The notes under the pieces: model-generated
What the model saw: the letters and a program-made list of their open reading frames with translations, nothing else
Databases searched by the model: none
Told to the model about the DNA's origin: nothing
Position numbers and translations under genes: made by a program
In this document: piece after piece, positions 34,941 through 48,811 of the stretch
Layout of the letters: each line of letters starts with the position of its first letter
How positions within the stretch are numbered: the first letter of the stretch is position 1
Assembly: GCF_036365525.1 (NCBI RefSeq)
Contig: NC_090413.1
Location: forward strand, 26,226,142-26,290,141
Origin: Heterodontus francisci
Lineage: Eukaryota
DNA length: 64,000 bases
Direction: 5' to 3'

Positions 34941-35559
34941 GTGAGTCAGCAGTTTGCGGTTAAAAAGAAGGAACTTGTATTTCAAGAGTCTGTCACGCTG
35001 TTGGGATAACACAGTGCTTTTCAGTCAGTTCGCTGCATTTTTTTTCCTAAGGTGCAGTCACTGTTACATGGGCAAATTCTGAAGCTAGCTTGCACATAGC
35101 AAGCAGGAATGAGATAAATGACCAGTTAATTTGAGAAATCAAGGCCCCGTCTGGCCTAACATCTCATCAGAAAGCCGGCATCTCCGGTAGTGTAGCACTC
35201 CCTCAGTACTGTGCTGGAGTATCAACCTAGATTTTGCACTCAAGCTCCCTGAAGTGCCATATATTTCTATCTCTGTACCGTAGATCCTGTCTGGAGCCTG
35301 CCACCGATATCGAACAAGCTTTGACCCAGAAAATGGACTATGGGCAAAGTGATGGGTGGAAATCCTGCCCTGACTTTCCAGCTTAACCTTGGGAAATAAT
35401 CAAGGCTTTATCATTCAGCTTGTTATCTGTGTGCGGCTGCTGTCTGTAAGGCCCCTCTTCCTCTATTGGAAGGGATTAGGAGGAGAGAGGGCTTTATAGA
35501 CAACATATACAGACGTTTTCAGACTTCATGTTTTCTTAAAAATAAGAGCACTGTTTATA

Positions 35560-35780
35560 CAAAGAACAGCACAGGAACAGGCCATTCGGCCCTCCAAGCC
35601 TGCGCCGATCTTGATGCCTGTCTAAACTAAAACCTTCTGTACTTCCGGGGACCGTATCCCTCTATTCCCATCCTATTCATGTATTTGTCAAGATGCCTCT
35701 TAAACGTCGCTATCGTACCTGCTTCCACCACCTCCCCCGGCAGCAAGTTCCAGGCACTCCCCACCCTCTTTGTAAAAAAC
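35560..35780 (-). mobile_element. CR1 LINE 3' end (different subfamily)
   Basis: Reverse-complement CR1 tail (acaggccattcggccc...cctgcttccaccacc...ttccaggcac). Confidence 0.8.
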
Positions 35781-35807
35781 ATGCTTAAGAACTATACTGA
35801 AATATAA

Positions 35808-38658
35808 AAGGAGCATTCGCAATAAAGTGGATAAATTAATCGCGCAAGTAGATGTAAACAGGTATGGTATAGTCGGGATTATGGAGACATGGCTGCAGGG
35901 TGACCAGGAACGGGAAATGAACATCCAGGGGTATTCAGTGTTTAGGAAGGACAGACAAACCGTAAAAGGCGGTGGAGCTGCATTGCTGGTTAAAGAGGAA
36001 ATTAACGCAATAGTGAGGAAGGATATTGGGTCTGACGATGTGGAATCTGTATGGGTAGAGCTGAGAAGCATTAAGGGGCAAAAAACATTAGTGGGGGTTG
36101 TATATAGACCCCCAAACTCTGGTGGTAATGTTGGAAATTGCATTAAACAGGAAATTAGAAATGCATGTGATAAAGAAACATCTGTAATTATGGGTGTCTT
36201 TAATCTGCATATAGATTGGACAAATCAAATTAGTCACAATACTGTAGAGGAGAAATTCATGGAGTGTATACGGGATGGTTTTCTGGATGAATACATTGAG
36301 GAACCAACTAGAGAACAAATCATCCTAGACTGGGTATTGTGTAATGAGCGAGGAATAATTGACAATCTAGTTGTGCGAGACCCCTTGGGGATGAGCGACC
36401 ATAATATGATAGAATTCTTCATCAAGGTGAAGAGTGACATAGTTGATTCTGAGACTAGGATCCTGCATCTTAATAAAGGAAATTACGAAGTTATGAGGCT
36501 CGAGTTGGCTATGATGGATTGGGAAACGTTACTTAAAGGGATGATGGTGGATAGGCAATGGCAAACATTCAAAGAGCGCATGGATGAACTGCAACAATTG
36601 TTTATCCCTGTTTGGTGTAAAAGTGAAATGGGAAAGGTAGCCAAACCATGGCTTACAAGGGAAATTAGAGATAGCATTAGATCCAAGGAAGAGGCATACA
36701 AATTCGCCAGAAAAAACAACAGACCTGAGGATTGGGAGCAGTTTAGAATTCAGCAAAGGAGGACTAAGGGATTGATTAAGAAGGGGAAAATAGGGTATGA
36801 GAGTAAGCTTGCGGGGAACATTAAAACTGACTGTAAAAGTTTCGAGAAGAGAAAAAGATTGGTGAAGACATATATAGGTCCCTTACAGTCAGAAACAGGG
36901 GAATTTATCTGGGGAACAAAGAAATGGCTGACCAACTAAATGCATACTTTGGTTCTGTCTTCACAAAGGAGGACACAAATATCATACCAGAAATGTTGGG
37001 GAACACAGTTTAGTGAAAGGGAGGAACTGAAGGAAATCAGTATTAGTAGAGAAATGGTGTTGGGGAAATTGATGGGATTGAAGGCTGATAAATCCCCAGG
37101 GCCTGATAATCTACATCCCAGAGTACTAAAGGAAGTGGCCCTATAAATAGTAGATGCATTGGTGGTCACCTTCCAAGATTCTCTAGACTCTGGAACAGTT
37201 CCTACAGATTGGAGAGTAGCTAATGTAACCCCACTGTTTAAAAAGGAAGGTAGAGAGAAAACAGGGAATTATAGACCAGTCAGCCTGACGTCAGTAGTGG
37301 GGAAAATTCTAGAGTCCATTATCAAAGATTTTATAGCAGAGCACTTGGAGAACAGTGGTGGATTCGCACAGAGTCAGCATGGATTTACAAAAGGGAAATC
37401 ATGCTTGACAAATCTACTAGAATTCTTCAAGGATGTAACGAGTAGAGTTAATGAGGGGGAGTCAGTGGATGTGGTTTATTTGGACTTTCAGAAGGCTTTC
37501 AACAAAGTCCCACATAAGAGATTAGCATGTAAAATTACAGCGCATGGGATCGGGGGTAGCGTATTTGGATGAATAGAAAATTGGTTGGCAGACAGGAAAC
37601 AAAGAGTAGGAATAAACGGGTCTTTTTCAGAATGGCAGGCAGTGACTAGTGGGGTACCTCAGGAATCAGTGCTAGGACCCCAGTTATTCACAATATACAT
37701 TAATGATTTAGATGAGGGAACTAAATGTAATATCTCCAAATTTGTAAATGACACAAAACTGGGTGGGAGGTGAGTTGTGAGGAGGATGCAGAGAGGCTTC
37801 AGGATGATTTGGACAAGTTGAGTGAGTGGGCAAATGCATGGCAGATGCAGTATAATGTGGATAAATGTGAGGTTATCCACTTTGGAGGCAAAAACAGGAA
37901 GACTGTTATCTGAACGGCTATAAAGTGAGAGAGGGGAATATGCAATGAGACCTGGGTGTTCTCGTACACCAGTCGCTGAAGCTAAGCATGCAGGTGCAAC
38001 AGGCGGTACAAAAGGCAAATGGCATGTTGGCCTTCATAGCGAGAGGATTCGAGTACAGGAGCAGGGATGTCTTGCTGCAATTATACAGGGCCTTGGTGAG
38101 ACCACACCTGGAATATTGTGTGCAGTTTTGGTCTCCTCATCTGAGGAAGGATGTTCTTGCTATAGAGGGAGTGCAGCGAAGGTTTACCAGACTGATTCCT
38201 GGGATGGCAGAACTGACGTATGAGGAGAGATTGAGTCGGTTAGGATTATATTTGCTAGAGTTCAGAAGAGTGAGGGGGGATCTCACAGAAACCGATAAAA
38301 TTCTAACAGGACTCGACAGGGTAGATGCAGGAAGGATGTTCCCGATGGTGGGGGAGTCCAGAACCAGGGTCATAGTCTAAGGATACGGGGTAAATCTTTC
38401 AGGACTGAGATGAGGAGAAATTTCTTCACCCAGAGAGTGGTGAGCCTGTGGAATTTGCTACCACAGAAAGCAGTTGAGGCCAAAACATTGTATGTTTTCA
38501 AGAAGGAGTTAGATATAGCTCTTGGGGCGAAAAGGATCAAAGGATATGGGGGAAGCGGGAACAGGTTACTGAGTTGGATGATCAGCCGTGATCATAATAA
38601 ATGGCGGAGCAGGCTTGAAGGGCTGAACGGCCTACTCCTATTTTCCAGGTTTCTATGT
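35808..38658 (+). mobile_element. CR1 LINE, nearly complete but disrupted ORF2 (APE endonuclease + reverse transcriptase)
   Basis: APE motifs ETWL, VYRPPN, LDWVL, SDHNMI in the 370-aa ORF; RT motifs [26 protein letters not shown]; several stops and frameshifts. Confidence 0.95.
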
Positions 38659-39092
38659 ACCTAGTAAAATGTAAAAGTGTGGTGACTTTTAGTTCAGAAC
38701 TTGCTGAATGCTGAAATGGGTGGTGGAAGCAGATTCAATAGGAAATTGGATAGCTCCTTCAGAGAGCTGGCGCAGGCACGATGGGCCAAATGGCCTCTTT
38801 CCATGCTTTATGATTGTGCAAATTCTGGCACGAATCTGTTGAATTTAATCTTCATACATGAGATTTTATTAAAATAAAAGCTGACAATTTTTCTTGTGTT
38901 TTCAGGCACGCACTATTTCTGCCTACGCGTTATTTTTTTAATCTCTCAGACCTGTTCCATCTCAGAACCTCACAGCGTTGCTTTTGAAGCACAGCACAGA
39001 TAGTGCGTTAAACCCAATGTATTTGCGACATAGAAGAACTGACTGTCGCTTGAACTGCACCTGATTGATTTATGCCTGTGTTTATATTCCAG

Positions 39093-39254
39093 CCCTGTCA
39101 GAAGTGAACGGAATCCTGGGGAAAAAAATTCGGAGGTTCTGCACTGGGAGCTGGGATCCAAACAAAGTTGCAGATGGCACGGAACACGTCGACCCTCTAC
39201 TCAGTGCAGCTTCCAAATATGCCCCCTCTCCTCCTCTTGCAATAGGATTCATGG
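39093..39254 (+). CDS. SLC27A1: SLC27A1 coding exon 3
   Basis: tattccag| ... ATGG|gtaatg; ALSEVNGILGKKIRRFCTG...HVDPLL; 162 nt keeps phase. Confidence 0.92.
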
Positions 39255-39994
39255 GTAATGAGTATTTTAATGCAAAATTATTTCTCAAATGTAAATACGA
39301 ACCTTCTTTAAGTTTTCCCCATTTACATAATAGTGTGACCCACATGACCCTATGCCTATGCTTGAGAGGGGTAATACATGGCTCTCATCTAACTGACTGC
39401 CAGTGCCTCCAGCTGTTGGGAGACTCAAAGTCTCCACTTCAATGTGACTCTCCTGACTGATTCCCTCTACCATGCACTGCTGAGAAACATTGGCCGCTCC
39501 CTTGCTCACATTGTAAATTGAGCAGAGCTTGTCTCGACCATATGTCTCTTCCTACAACCTAAATTAAACACTGAATACTGCATGAAAAGGACCTACAGCA
39601 ACCTTGTCCTCAAGTGTTGATGGCAAAACATTCACTCCCCCTCTCTCCTAATCAAGATCTACATATTTCTCAGGCAGGGACATTAAAAGAGAATATTTCT
39701 TGGCTTGTTTTTCTCTCCCACCAGCCCAATTGCTGCTCATCGCCTTCAGTGAATCTACAACATCTCCTTGGTTGTTGAACTCTAAAGTAAATGCATTGTG
39801 CAGCCTTCTCCCCCCATTAAAATTAGTAACCAGAAGCAAGTCCATAAAATCTCCTGGACTATCCAGAGCTTAGTTTAATTTCTTTAGTAAATACACTTCT
39901 TTTCAACACCAGGATCACTGGTGAAGAAATAATGACATCTTAATGTTCTAGAACAAAACACTTAGCAATAGTAGATTTTTTTAAATACAATTAT

Positions 39995-40920
39995 GACCTT
40001 CCTTCAGTCATAAGGTCAGAAGTGGGGATGTTCTCTGATGATTGCACAATGTTCAGTACCACATGCGACTCCTCAGATACTGAAGCAGTCTGGGTTGAAA
40101 TGCCGCAAGACCTGGACAATATCCAGGCTTGTGCTGATAAGGGGCAAGTAACATTCATACCACACAAGTGCCAGACAATGACCATCTCCAACAAGAGAGA
40201 ATCTAACCATCTCCCCTTGACTTTCAATGTCATTACCATCGCTGAATCCCCCACTATCAACATCCTAGAGGTTACCATTGACCAGAAACTGAACTGGAGT
40301 AGCCATATAAATACCGTGGCTACAAGAGCAGGTCAGAGGCTGGGCATTCTGTGGCAGGTAACTCACCTCCTGACTCCCCAAAGCCTGTCCACCATCTACA
40401 AGGCACAAGTCAGGAGTGTGATGGAATACTCTCCACTTGCCTGGATGGGTGCAGCTCCAACAACACTCGAGAAACTTGACACCATCCAGGACAAAGCAGC
40501 CCACTTGATTGACGCCCTATCCACAAACATTCACTCCCTCCACCACCGACGCACAGTGGCAGCAGTATGTACCATCTACAAGATGCACTGCAGCAATGCA
40601 CCAAGGCTCCTTAGCACCTTCTAAACACGCGACCTCTACCAACTAGAAGGACAAGGGCAGCAAATGCATGGGAACACCACCACCTCCAAGTTCCCCTCCA
40701 AGTCACACACCATCCTGACTTGGAACTATATTGCCGTTCCTTCACTGTCGCTGGGTCAAAATCCTGGAACTCCCTTCCTAGCAGCACTGTGGGTTTACCT
40801 ACCCCACATGGACTGCAGCGGTTCAAGAAGGCAGCTCACCACCACCAAGGGCAATTAGGGATGGGCAATAAATGCTGGCTTAGTAAGTGACAACCACATC
40901 CCATGAATGAATAAAAAAAA
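39995..40920 (+). mobile_element. LINE family B, 5'-truncated
   Basis: MFSDD...IYKAQVRSVMEYS; tail catcccatgaatgaataaaaaaaa. Confidence 0.92.
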
Positions 40921-43900
40921 CTTCTTAGATCCATAGATTAATAGAATACTTTATAGCCTATTGCTAACCCTGTTCTATCCTTTAATAGAAGTCATTGTAA
41001 TAAAATCTATTTGAGTCATAGACCTCCCATTTATACAGTTTTTAGCCAGTGGCCTTAGTTATGTAATGCTGCCCTCCTGGTGTCTGTGGCAAGAAGTTAA
41101 ACCCACATGTTAAGCCACATTTAAAGCTCTACAGGCTATTCACTTCTGACTAGGTTGAAAATAGTTTGGAATTTCCAAATCCTCTTCAGTTACCACCATA
41201 AAATCAGAGGCATCAGTTACATCTTTACAATAACTTCTGTACCAAGGGTGCAGTTTATATTCTGAAGGCAGTTTCCTGCTGGTGTGATGCATCCCTTGCC
41301 CTCAGCAGTATTTGCTGCAAATGGAGATGTCTTTACTTGCTGGAATGTATTGTGTGATGTTGGTGGTAGATCACAGGCTGCTGGAACCAGCTTCCTGATA
41401 TGTACCTCCCCTCAGGGATGTTCTTTATACCGCAATTTTTCTGTGTACTAAGCTAGCCTGTTTCAGCTAAAAACAGGCTGAGAATGTCGTGTTTATAAAG
41501 TTCTTTGGGGGTGTAATGTGTTTACTGTAAAGTCTAATATGTTTAGCTTGGCCAAAATGGGAAAATTACACCCCAGTGATGCTTTATCATTGCAGAATTG
41601 TTCTGAGGGGTCAGTAAAACCCTTGGACACGTTAAACCTACAAGTGTGAAAGTCTCTCCTTATGAGATACTGTGTTAATAGCACTCCGATGCCATTCAGC
41701 AGATTCATATGGTAATTGGCCAGTTAACAGACTGTTTCATTTATTACAAAGCTACAGCACTAATCACAGAACTAAATAGCATTATCTTGTGCGTGCGTGT
41801 GAGAGAACAATGGTGTCTCCTCAGTGATTGTGATTCTGTTTGTATAAGTGAGAAAGTACCAATGTCATTGTGTTTAAGGCTGGACCTTTACATCACTAAC
41901 TTGCTTGCGCATGAGTGAGGATCTCAATGCAATATCTTGCACACAAGTTTGTGTTTTCACACCCGGATCTGCCTAGCAACAGTAATGACAGCTTGCATTT
42001 GTATAGCACCTTTAACATAGTAAAATGTCCCAAGGTGCTTCGCTGGAATGCGCTATCAAACAAAATTTGACACTGAGGCACATAGAGAGGTATTAGGGCA
42101 GGTAACTGAGAGTTTAGTCAGAGGTAGGTTTTAAGGAGCATCCTAAAGGAGATGTGGAGATTTAGAGAAAGGAATTCCAGAGCTTAGGAGTTCAAATCCC
42201 AGCGTAATGCGTCAGGAATTAAATTCCGTAAATCTAGGCATTTGTGAGTCTGCAATCACCATTTTGCCACGCTTTCCACCAGAAAATGTGTCTTGCATCC
42301 TCAGTAGCTCCTTCCCCCACACCCTCCACCCCCACCATCTTGCATTTAACAGAGAGAGAGAGAGAACGGTAGCAGAGGGCAGATAATGCACTGATTAAGG
42401 TCTTGCATGTAGCATGCACCTGTAAGTATTACATTACTCCCTGCGATGCTTTCCCCATCACACTTGGCCAATAACATCACTGTTTATGTCAAGTAGCATA
42501 TTCAGTTTATCGTGAGCAGTGCCAAGGAAGAGGATCAAGTTGATACGACAGAGACTTGAGTCTAGCATGTGTCCGTCACACTTCAGACATCATGGTTTGG
42601 TTTTGGATGCAAAACGATCTTCTAAATAAGAGAGTAAGCCAGGCATTTGATCCTGTGTTTTTTCTAACCTGGAGCCAGAAATGTGCAAACTAATTAATTG
42701 AACCCTCTATTCACTTCAGGGATTTACTCGCAGCTAACATTAGCTAAATTCCCAGCACTTGAGTAATGGCCTTAAAGCAATATGCCAGATTAAAAGCTAA
42801 ACATCGCAACAGGACTTCAGACTCCAGGCTACTATGGGAGACCTATTTGAGAGGGTGGGGTGCGGTCTGTGTATGTGTTCCTTTTATTTAGGCTTCTAAA
42901 TTTACCCGAAACAATCAGGACTCTTGAGAGATGTCAGGAAATTGCCCTTTGCTTGTTTTTTTCACTTGGACTGTTTGCTCAGCAGCATGTATACTCATCA
43001 AGCCTTATCGCACTCTTGAGTGTGTTTTGCCCACGAGTCACAACCATAAATGCCAATTCACATAAGCAAGGATGACAGGCACCAGCTCAGAATGCAACCT
43101 TTCACCTACTTCCTATTGTTGGGGAACTGTAACCTTTGCTCCACTTGAGAGATTTCAAAACTGAGGCAAAGAACAAGGGATTCCTTGGACTAAACCTCAC
43201 CCTGCCTGCCACCCTCAGCATCCACCCTAGCCTGAAGTAAACGAGAGCATTGTCCGAACCTAATAATGTGCACAGAAATTCTGTCCCTTTCTTCAATGAG
43301 GAATAATCTACTTTTTCGTTAACCTTTTAAGAACCCTTTGTGCCATCCTTATTGGGATGTCCCTTAAATAAGGCAATCTTTGGTATTGGACAAATAGCCT
43401 CCTTCTGTGCTGTACGTTTTCTATGTTTCTAGTGGTGTGGGGCGGTCGCAGTGCCCAGGGGAAATTAATTGTTCATGCAACAGTCAACAAACTGAGCCGG
43501 AGCTAAAAAGTTAAACTCTTTTCATGCAGACGTTGCTTGGGAAATTTCATGGTGTCATTTATCACGGCACCAGATGTCATATGGCTTAAAAATAGCTGCT
43601 CTTAAATTAGTCAGCTAACAATTGGATTCTTGAAAGCAGACTGAGTTATGTTTTTCTCCCTAACTGAAATGAAGTTCAGGTCCATTCGGGGTGGATGCAC
43701 AGCAGATCGCTTGAGCTCAAGCCCAGGAACTTTAGTAAAATGTTCCATACGTGAGAGTTCGGCAATTTTGACACCTGAGGATGGGATTTCTTTGAAACTT
43801 AAGGACCGCTTGTTCCCTAAAAGGCCTGAAGCTGACCACAGTTTTGGCCTAACACTGGTTTTCTAGGAACAAGAGGAAGCCATTCAGCCCCTCGTGCCTG

Positions 43901-43979
43901 TTCCACTGTGCAGTTTTGGTCATGGCTAATCTGTACCTTGACTCCATCTGCCCGCCTTGATAAAATTCCCAACACTGTG

Positions 43980-44295
43980 GGTGGCACAGTGGCGCAGTGG
44001 TTAGCACCGCAGCCTCACAGCTCCAGGGACCCGGGTTCGATTCTGGGTACTGTCTGTGTGGAATTTGCAAGTTCTCCCTGTGACCGCGTGGGTTTTCGCC
44101 GGGTGCTCCGGTTTCCTCCCACAGCCAAAGACTTGCAGGTGATGGGTACATTGGCCGTTGTAAATTGCCCCTCGTGTAGGTAGGTGGCAGGGAATATGGG
44201 ATTACTGTAGGGTTAGTATCAATGGGTGGTTGTTGGTCGGCACAGACTCGGTGGGCCGAAGGGCCTGTTTCAGTGCTGTATCTCTAAATAAATAA
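43980..44295 (+). mobile_element. HE1-type tRNA-derived SINE inserted in an antisense CR1 tail
   Basis: A box TGGCGCAGTGG 43990-44000, B box GGTTCGATTC 44034-44043, CR1-like tail, (TAAA)n end. Confidence 0.9.
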
Positions 44296-44439
44296 AAATC
44301 TATTAATCTTAGTTTCAAAATTTTCATTTGACCCCTCCCCCACCCCACAAACCTCAGCAGCATTTTGGGGAGAGAGTTCCAGATTTCCACAGCCCGTTGT
44401 GTGAAGGAGTGCTTCCTGACATCAAGAATGTCCAAGTCA

Positions 44440-44878
44440 GCCATGGCTAAGTTGGTAGCACTCTGGCCTCTGAGACACATGGTTCTGGGTTGAAGTCCCA
44501 CTCCAGGGCTTGAGAACAAAAATCAAGGCTGAAGCTCCAGTGCAGCGCTGTGGGAGTGGTGCACTGTTGGAGGAGCTGTCTTTCGAATGAGACATTAAAC
44601 AGAGGCGCTGTATGCTTGCTCCGGTGGATGTAAAAGATCTCTGGCACTATTTTGAAGAGCAGCAGGGGAGTTATCCCTGGCGTCCTGGCCGATATTTATC
44701 CCTCAATCAACATCACAAACAAACAGATATCTGATCGTTATCAGATTGCTGTTTGCGGGAGCTTGCTGTGTGCACATCAGCTACTGCGTTTGTTACAACA
44801 ATGACTACACCTCAAAAGTACTTCCTTGACGTCCAGTTGTCATAAAAGGCGCTATATAAATGCAAGTGTTTCTTTCAT
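44440..44878 (+). mobile_element. Deu-domain-type tRNA-derived SINE, full length
   Basis: tggctaagttggtagcactctggcctctgag head through aaggcgctatataaatgcaagt tail. Confidence 0.85.
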
Positions 44879-46200
44879 TCTATTGTAAAGGGAGCTTCAC
44901 TGGGCTGATTCCAGGGATGGGAAACTGCAGTCGTGGGGAAAGAATTGAGATGCTGGGATTACATACATGGAACATGAGCGAAGATTTAAGAAGTTTTTAA
45001 AAATGTTTATGAAGAGTTTAATTTGGTGAATAGTGAAAGATTGTTTCCTTTTGTTGGATAGACGGTGCCCAGGAGACATCAATTTAAAATTGTCACCAGG
45101 AGATTAGCAAGCAGGATTAGGTGAACTTCCATTATACAAAGGGCTGTTGGGAGCGCGGAATTAATTTGCCGCAGGGTGTGCTTGAGGCAGAGACCATCGG
45201 ATCCAAAAAGAGAAAATTCGATAAATATTTGAAACTGAGGAGTATACAGGACTGTTGGGAGAGCGCAGGGCAGTGGCATTAGTTTTGGATTACTGTAGCA
45301 AATTGCTGCTACAGACACTGAGCCAAACTACTTTTTACTCTGCTGTAAACATCTGCAGCTCTACTGTTGAGTGGCTGATGTATTCATTGAACGGCGTGAG
45401 GTTCCACTCTGGCAGAAGTACAGTGTTTCAGTAACTGCAGGGATCAGGTTTCCATTTAGATGCGGCTGAACATGGGCATCGGTACCACTTTTCCTTCCAG
45501 CTGATCATCACGACCACCCTCCCCCCACCACCCCCCTCCCGTTTCCCTCCCCAGTTCTGCCACTTCCAGCTGTGAAGCAGGTGTAAGCCAAGTATCTCAC
45601 TGGATTGCTTTCTCTCCCCCATACCCCAGCAAGCTGGGCTGGACGAGCAGGGGTAGAGGGGTGAAAATTGCATCATGTTACCTCCCACACTGTCAACAGC
45701 AACTCTTGTGACACACACAGTTTCCTAATGACCAGCCAGTGGAGGGGCTCGTCTGTCCCTCACACCTCTCTGCCACACTGCCATCCAATCACCTCTCCTT
45801 GACACTGTGACAGTGCGTCTCCTCTCTAGTGTGTGAGATAAGCACATGAACAGGTGTCCAAGGGCCACTTAATGCTGCATTGATTCCTATTTAATGCAAT
45901 GCCATCTGCTTGGGTGTTGCAGCAGTGAGAGTTTGTATATTTGAAGGATTAATTGCTGCTCTTGTGCTTGGGTCTGAGAGTCAGGAACTGGTTTTCTTTC
46001 CTCCCTTGTAAGTAACACTGACTAAATACGGTCAAGGATCTCTGGATCCTAGAAACAGCAAACATGTGATATTTATTTAAACTTCTGTTCATCTCTACTA
46101 AATCTGTGAAACCTGAAGACAGGAGAAGATCAAATGCATTGTGTACAATAAAATATATGTAATCTGAAGACTAATGGCATATTATAGATTTAGAAAACAT

Positions 46201-47777
46201 GTTTTAGTGGGCTTAAAAGTGGATAAATCCCCAGGCCCAGATGAGATGTATCCTAGGCTGTTATGTGAGGCAAGGGAGGAGATAGCAGGGGCTCTGACGC
46301 AAATTTTCAAATCCTCTCTGGCCATAGGAGAGGTGCCAGAGGACTGGAGGACAGTGACTGTAGTACCATTATTCAAGAAGGGTAGTGGGGATAAACCATG
46401 TAATTACAGGCCAGTGAGTCTAACATCAGTGGTAGGGAAACTATTGGAAAAAATTCTGAGGGACAGGATTAATCTCCACTTGGAGAGGCAGGGATTAATC
46501 AAGGATAGTCAGCATGGCTGTGTCAGGGGGAGATCATGTCTAACAAATTTGATTGAATTTTTCGAGGAGGTGACTAGGTGTGTAAATGAGGGTAAAGTAG
46601 TTGATGTAATATACATGGACTTCAGTAAGGCTTTTGATAAGGTCCCGCAGGGAAGATTGGTTAAGAAGGTCAGAGCCCATGGGATCCAGAGCAATATGGC
46701 AAATTGGATCCAAAATTGGCTTAGTAGCAGGAGGCAGAGGGTGATGATCGAAGGTTGTTTTTGCAATTGGAAGCCTGTGATCAGTGGTGTACCGCAGGGA
46801 TCAGTGCTGGGGCCCTTGCTGTTTGTAGTGTATATTAATGATTTAGATGTGAACATAGGAGGTTATGATTAGTAAGTTCTCAGATGACACGAAAATTGGT
46901 AGTGTCGTAAATAATGAGGAGGAAAGCCTTAAATTACAAGGCGATAGAGATGGGCTGGTAAGATGGGCAGAGCAGTGGCAAGTGGAATTTAATCCTGAGA
47001 AGTGTGAGATGATGCATTTTGGGAGGACGAACAAGGCAAGGGAATATACAATGGATGGTAGGACCCTAGGAAGTACAGAGGGTCAGAGGGACCTTGGTGT
47101 ACTTGTCCATAGATCACTGAAGGCAGCAGCACAGGTAGATAAGGTGGTTAAGAACGCATATGGGATACTTGCCTTTATTAACCGAGGCATAGAATATAAG
47201 AGCAAGGAGGTTATGATGAAGCTGTATAAAACGCTAGTTAGGCCACAGCTGGAGTACTGTGTACAGTTCTGGGCACCACACTATAGGAAGGATGTGATTG
47301 CATTGGAAAGGGTGCAGAGGAGATTCACCAGGATGTTGCCTGGGCTGGAGCATTTCAACTATGAAGAGAGACTGTATAGGCTAGAGTTGTTTTTCTTTGA
47401 GCAGAGAAGGCTGAGGGGGGACCTGATTGAGGTAAACAAGATTATGAGGGGCAAAGATAGGGTAGATAGGATGAAATTTTTTCCCTTAGTGGAGGTGTCA
47501 ATAACCAGGGGGCATAGATTTAAGGTAATGGGCAGGAGGTTTAGAGGGGATTTGAGGGAAAAAAATTTCACCCAGAGGATGGTTGGAATCTGGAACACAC
47601 TGTCTGAAGGGGTGGTAGAGGCAGGAACCCTCACAACATTTAAGAAACGCCATAGCATACAAGGCTACGGGCCAAGTGCTAGAAAATGGGATTAGAATAG
47701 ATAGGTGCATGATGGCCGGCACGGACACAATGGGCCGAGTAGTCTATTTCTGTGCTGTATAACTCTATGATTCTATG
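46201..47777 (+). mobile_element. CR1 LINE family A, 5'-truncated, RT nearly intact (one frameshift near 46862)
   Basis: ORFs 46174-46872 and 46865-47695; GVPQGSVLGP, KFSDDTK; tail aactctatgattctatg. Confidence 0.95.
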
Positions 47778-48092
47778 TAGTTTTTGTTCAATTTAATGCA
47801 GTTTCTTTTACTGGTTCTTTAGCTTTGAAAGACCAATTCCACTTTGGGCTAATGTTTGATTTTGAATTGTCTAGAGCAGCTCGAACTGTCTATTCTTCTG
47901 TGTAATTGTTAAGAGCTGGGGCCTGCGAGAAAAGGGGCAATTGTATTTCCTGTTTCGGAATTATTCCAACAGATGCCATAATTGTCATATAATTCAAATT
48001 ATAGGAAGATGAGGAGGGAAAAGCTCAGTGTATACTGGAAATTTTGAATGGACACAAATGCACTGAACCTGATTTCTCTCTTGTCTTTGTAG

Positions 48093-48162
48093 ATCGCCTG
48101 TTTTACATCTATACATCTGGCACTACGGGTATGCCCAAAGCTGCCATTGTTGTGCACAGCAG
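48093..48162 (+). CDS. SLC27A1: SLC27A1 coding exon 4 (AMP-binding motif)
   Basis: ctttgtag| ... CAG|gtaggt; [24 protein letters not shown]. Confidence 0.96.
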
Positions 48163-48719
48163 GTAGGTACCACGACTGGGTGGCAGAGCAAAGGCCCGTG
48201 TCTACATTTGCTGTGATGTTTCAAAGATTTTGCTCTGACCGTGTTGAAGAAAGGGCCACAGAGGCAGATAGATACATTTTTTTAGGTAATGAGTTATGAC
48301 CAGGAAAGCACTGCCTAAAAGGCTGGTGGAAGCAGTTTCAGAAGTAACTTTCAAAAGTGAATTGGATAAAAACTTAAAAGGGAAAAATTGGTAGGGCTGT
48401 GGGGAAAGAGCAGGGGAAGTGGGATTAATTGGTTTGCTGCTTTAAAAAAGCCAGCATGAGGGACCGAATGAACAAAACGGCACAGAAAGTGGCCAATGAT
48501 CAGCAACAATGAAAAACCCGTTAATCACCGAGACAGTAATTTGCATCTTTGTGCAGGTTTTTAGTACATGGCGAAGTGAAGGACAAACCCATACAGCAGA
48601 GCTTGGGTTAAATTGGGTTAGCCACACAGTGTAGACATACTTACTGCTCTGTGTGATATAAAGCTCTGCCTTTTCCCCCTCCACCCTCCTCGTTACTTAC
48701 CCTGTGTCCTTGCTTACAG

Positions 48720-48811
48720 GTACTATAGGATGGCTGCTTTTGCTTATTATGGATTCCGAATGAGGCACGATGACATTATTTATGACTGCTTGCCACTGTA
48801 TCATTCGGCAG
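48720..48811 (+). CDS. SLC27A1: SLC27A1 coding exon 5
   Basis: gcttacag| ... CAG|gtaaca; [30 protein letters not shown]. Confidence 0.96.

Noticed and set aside
35808-38658. Active or domesticated CR1 ORF2
   Set aside because: Multiple stops and frameshifts, GDFN changed to GVFN, FADD changed to FVND, and no ORF1 or 5' UTR.
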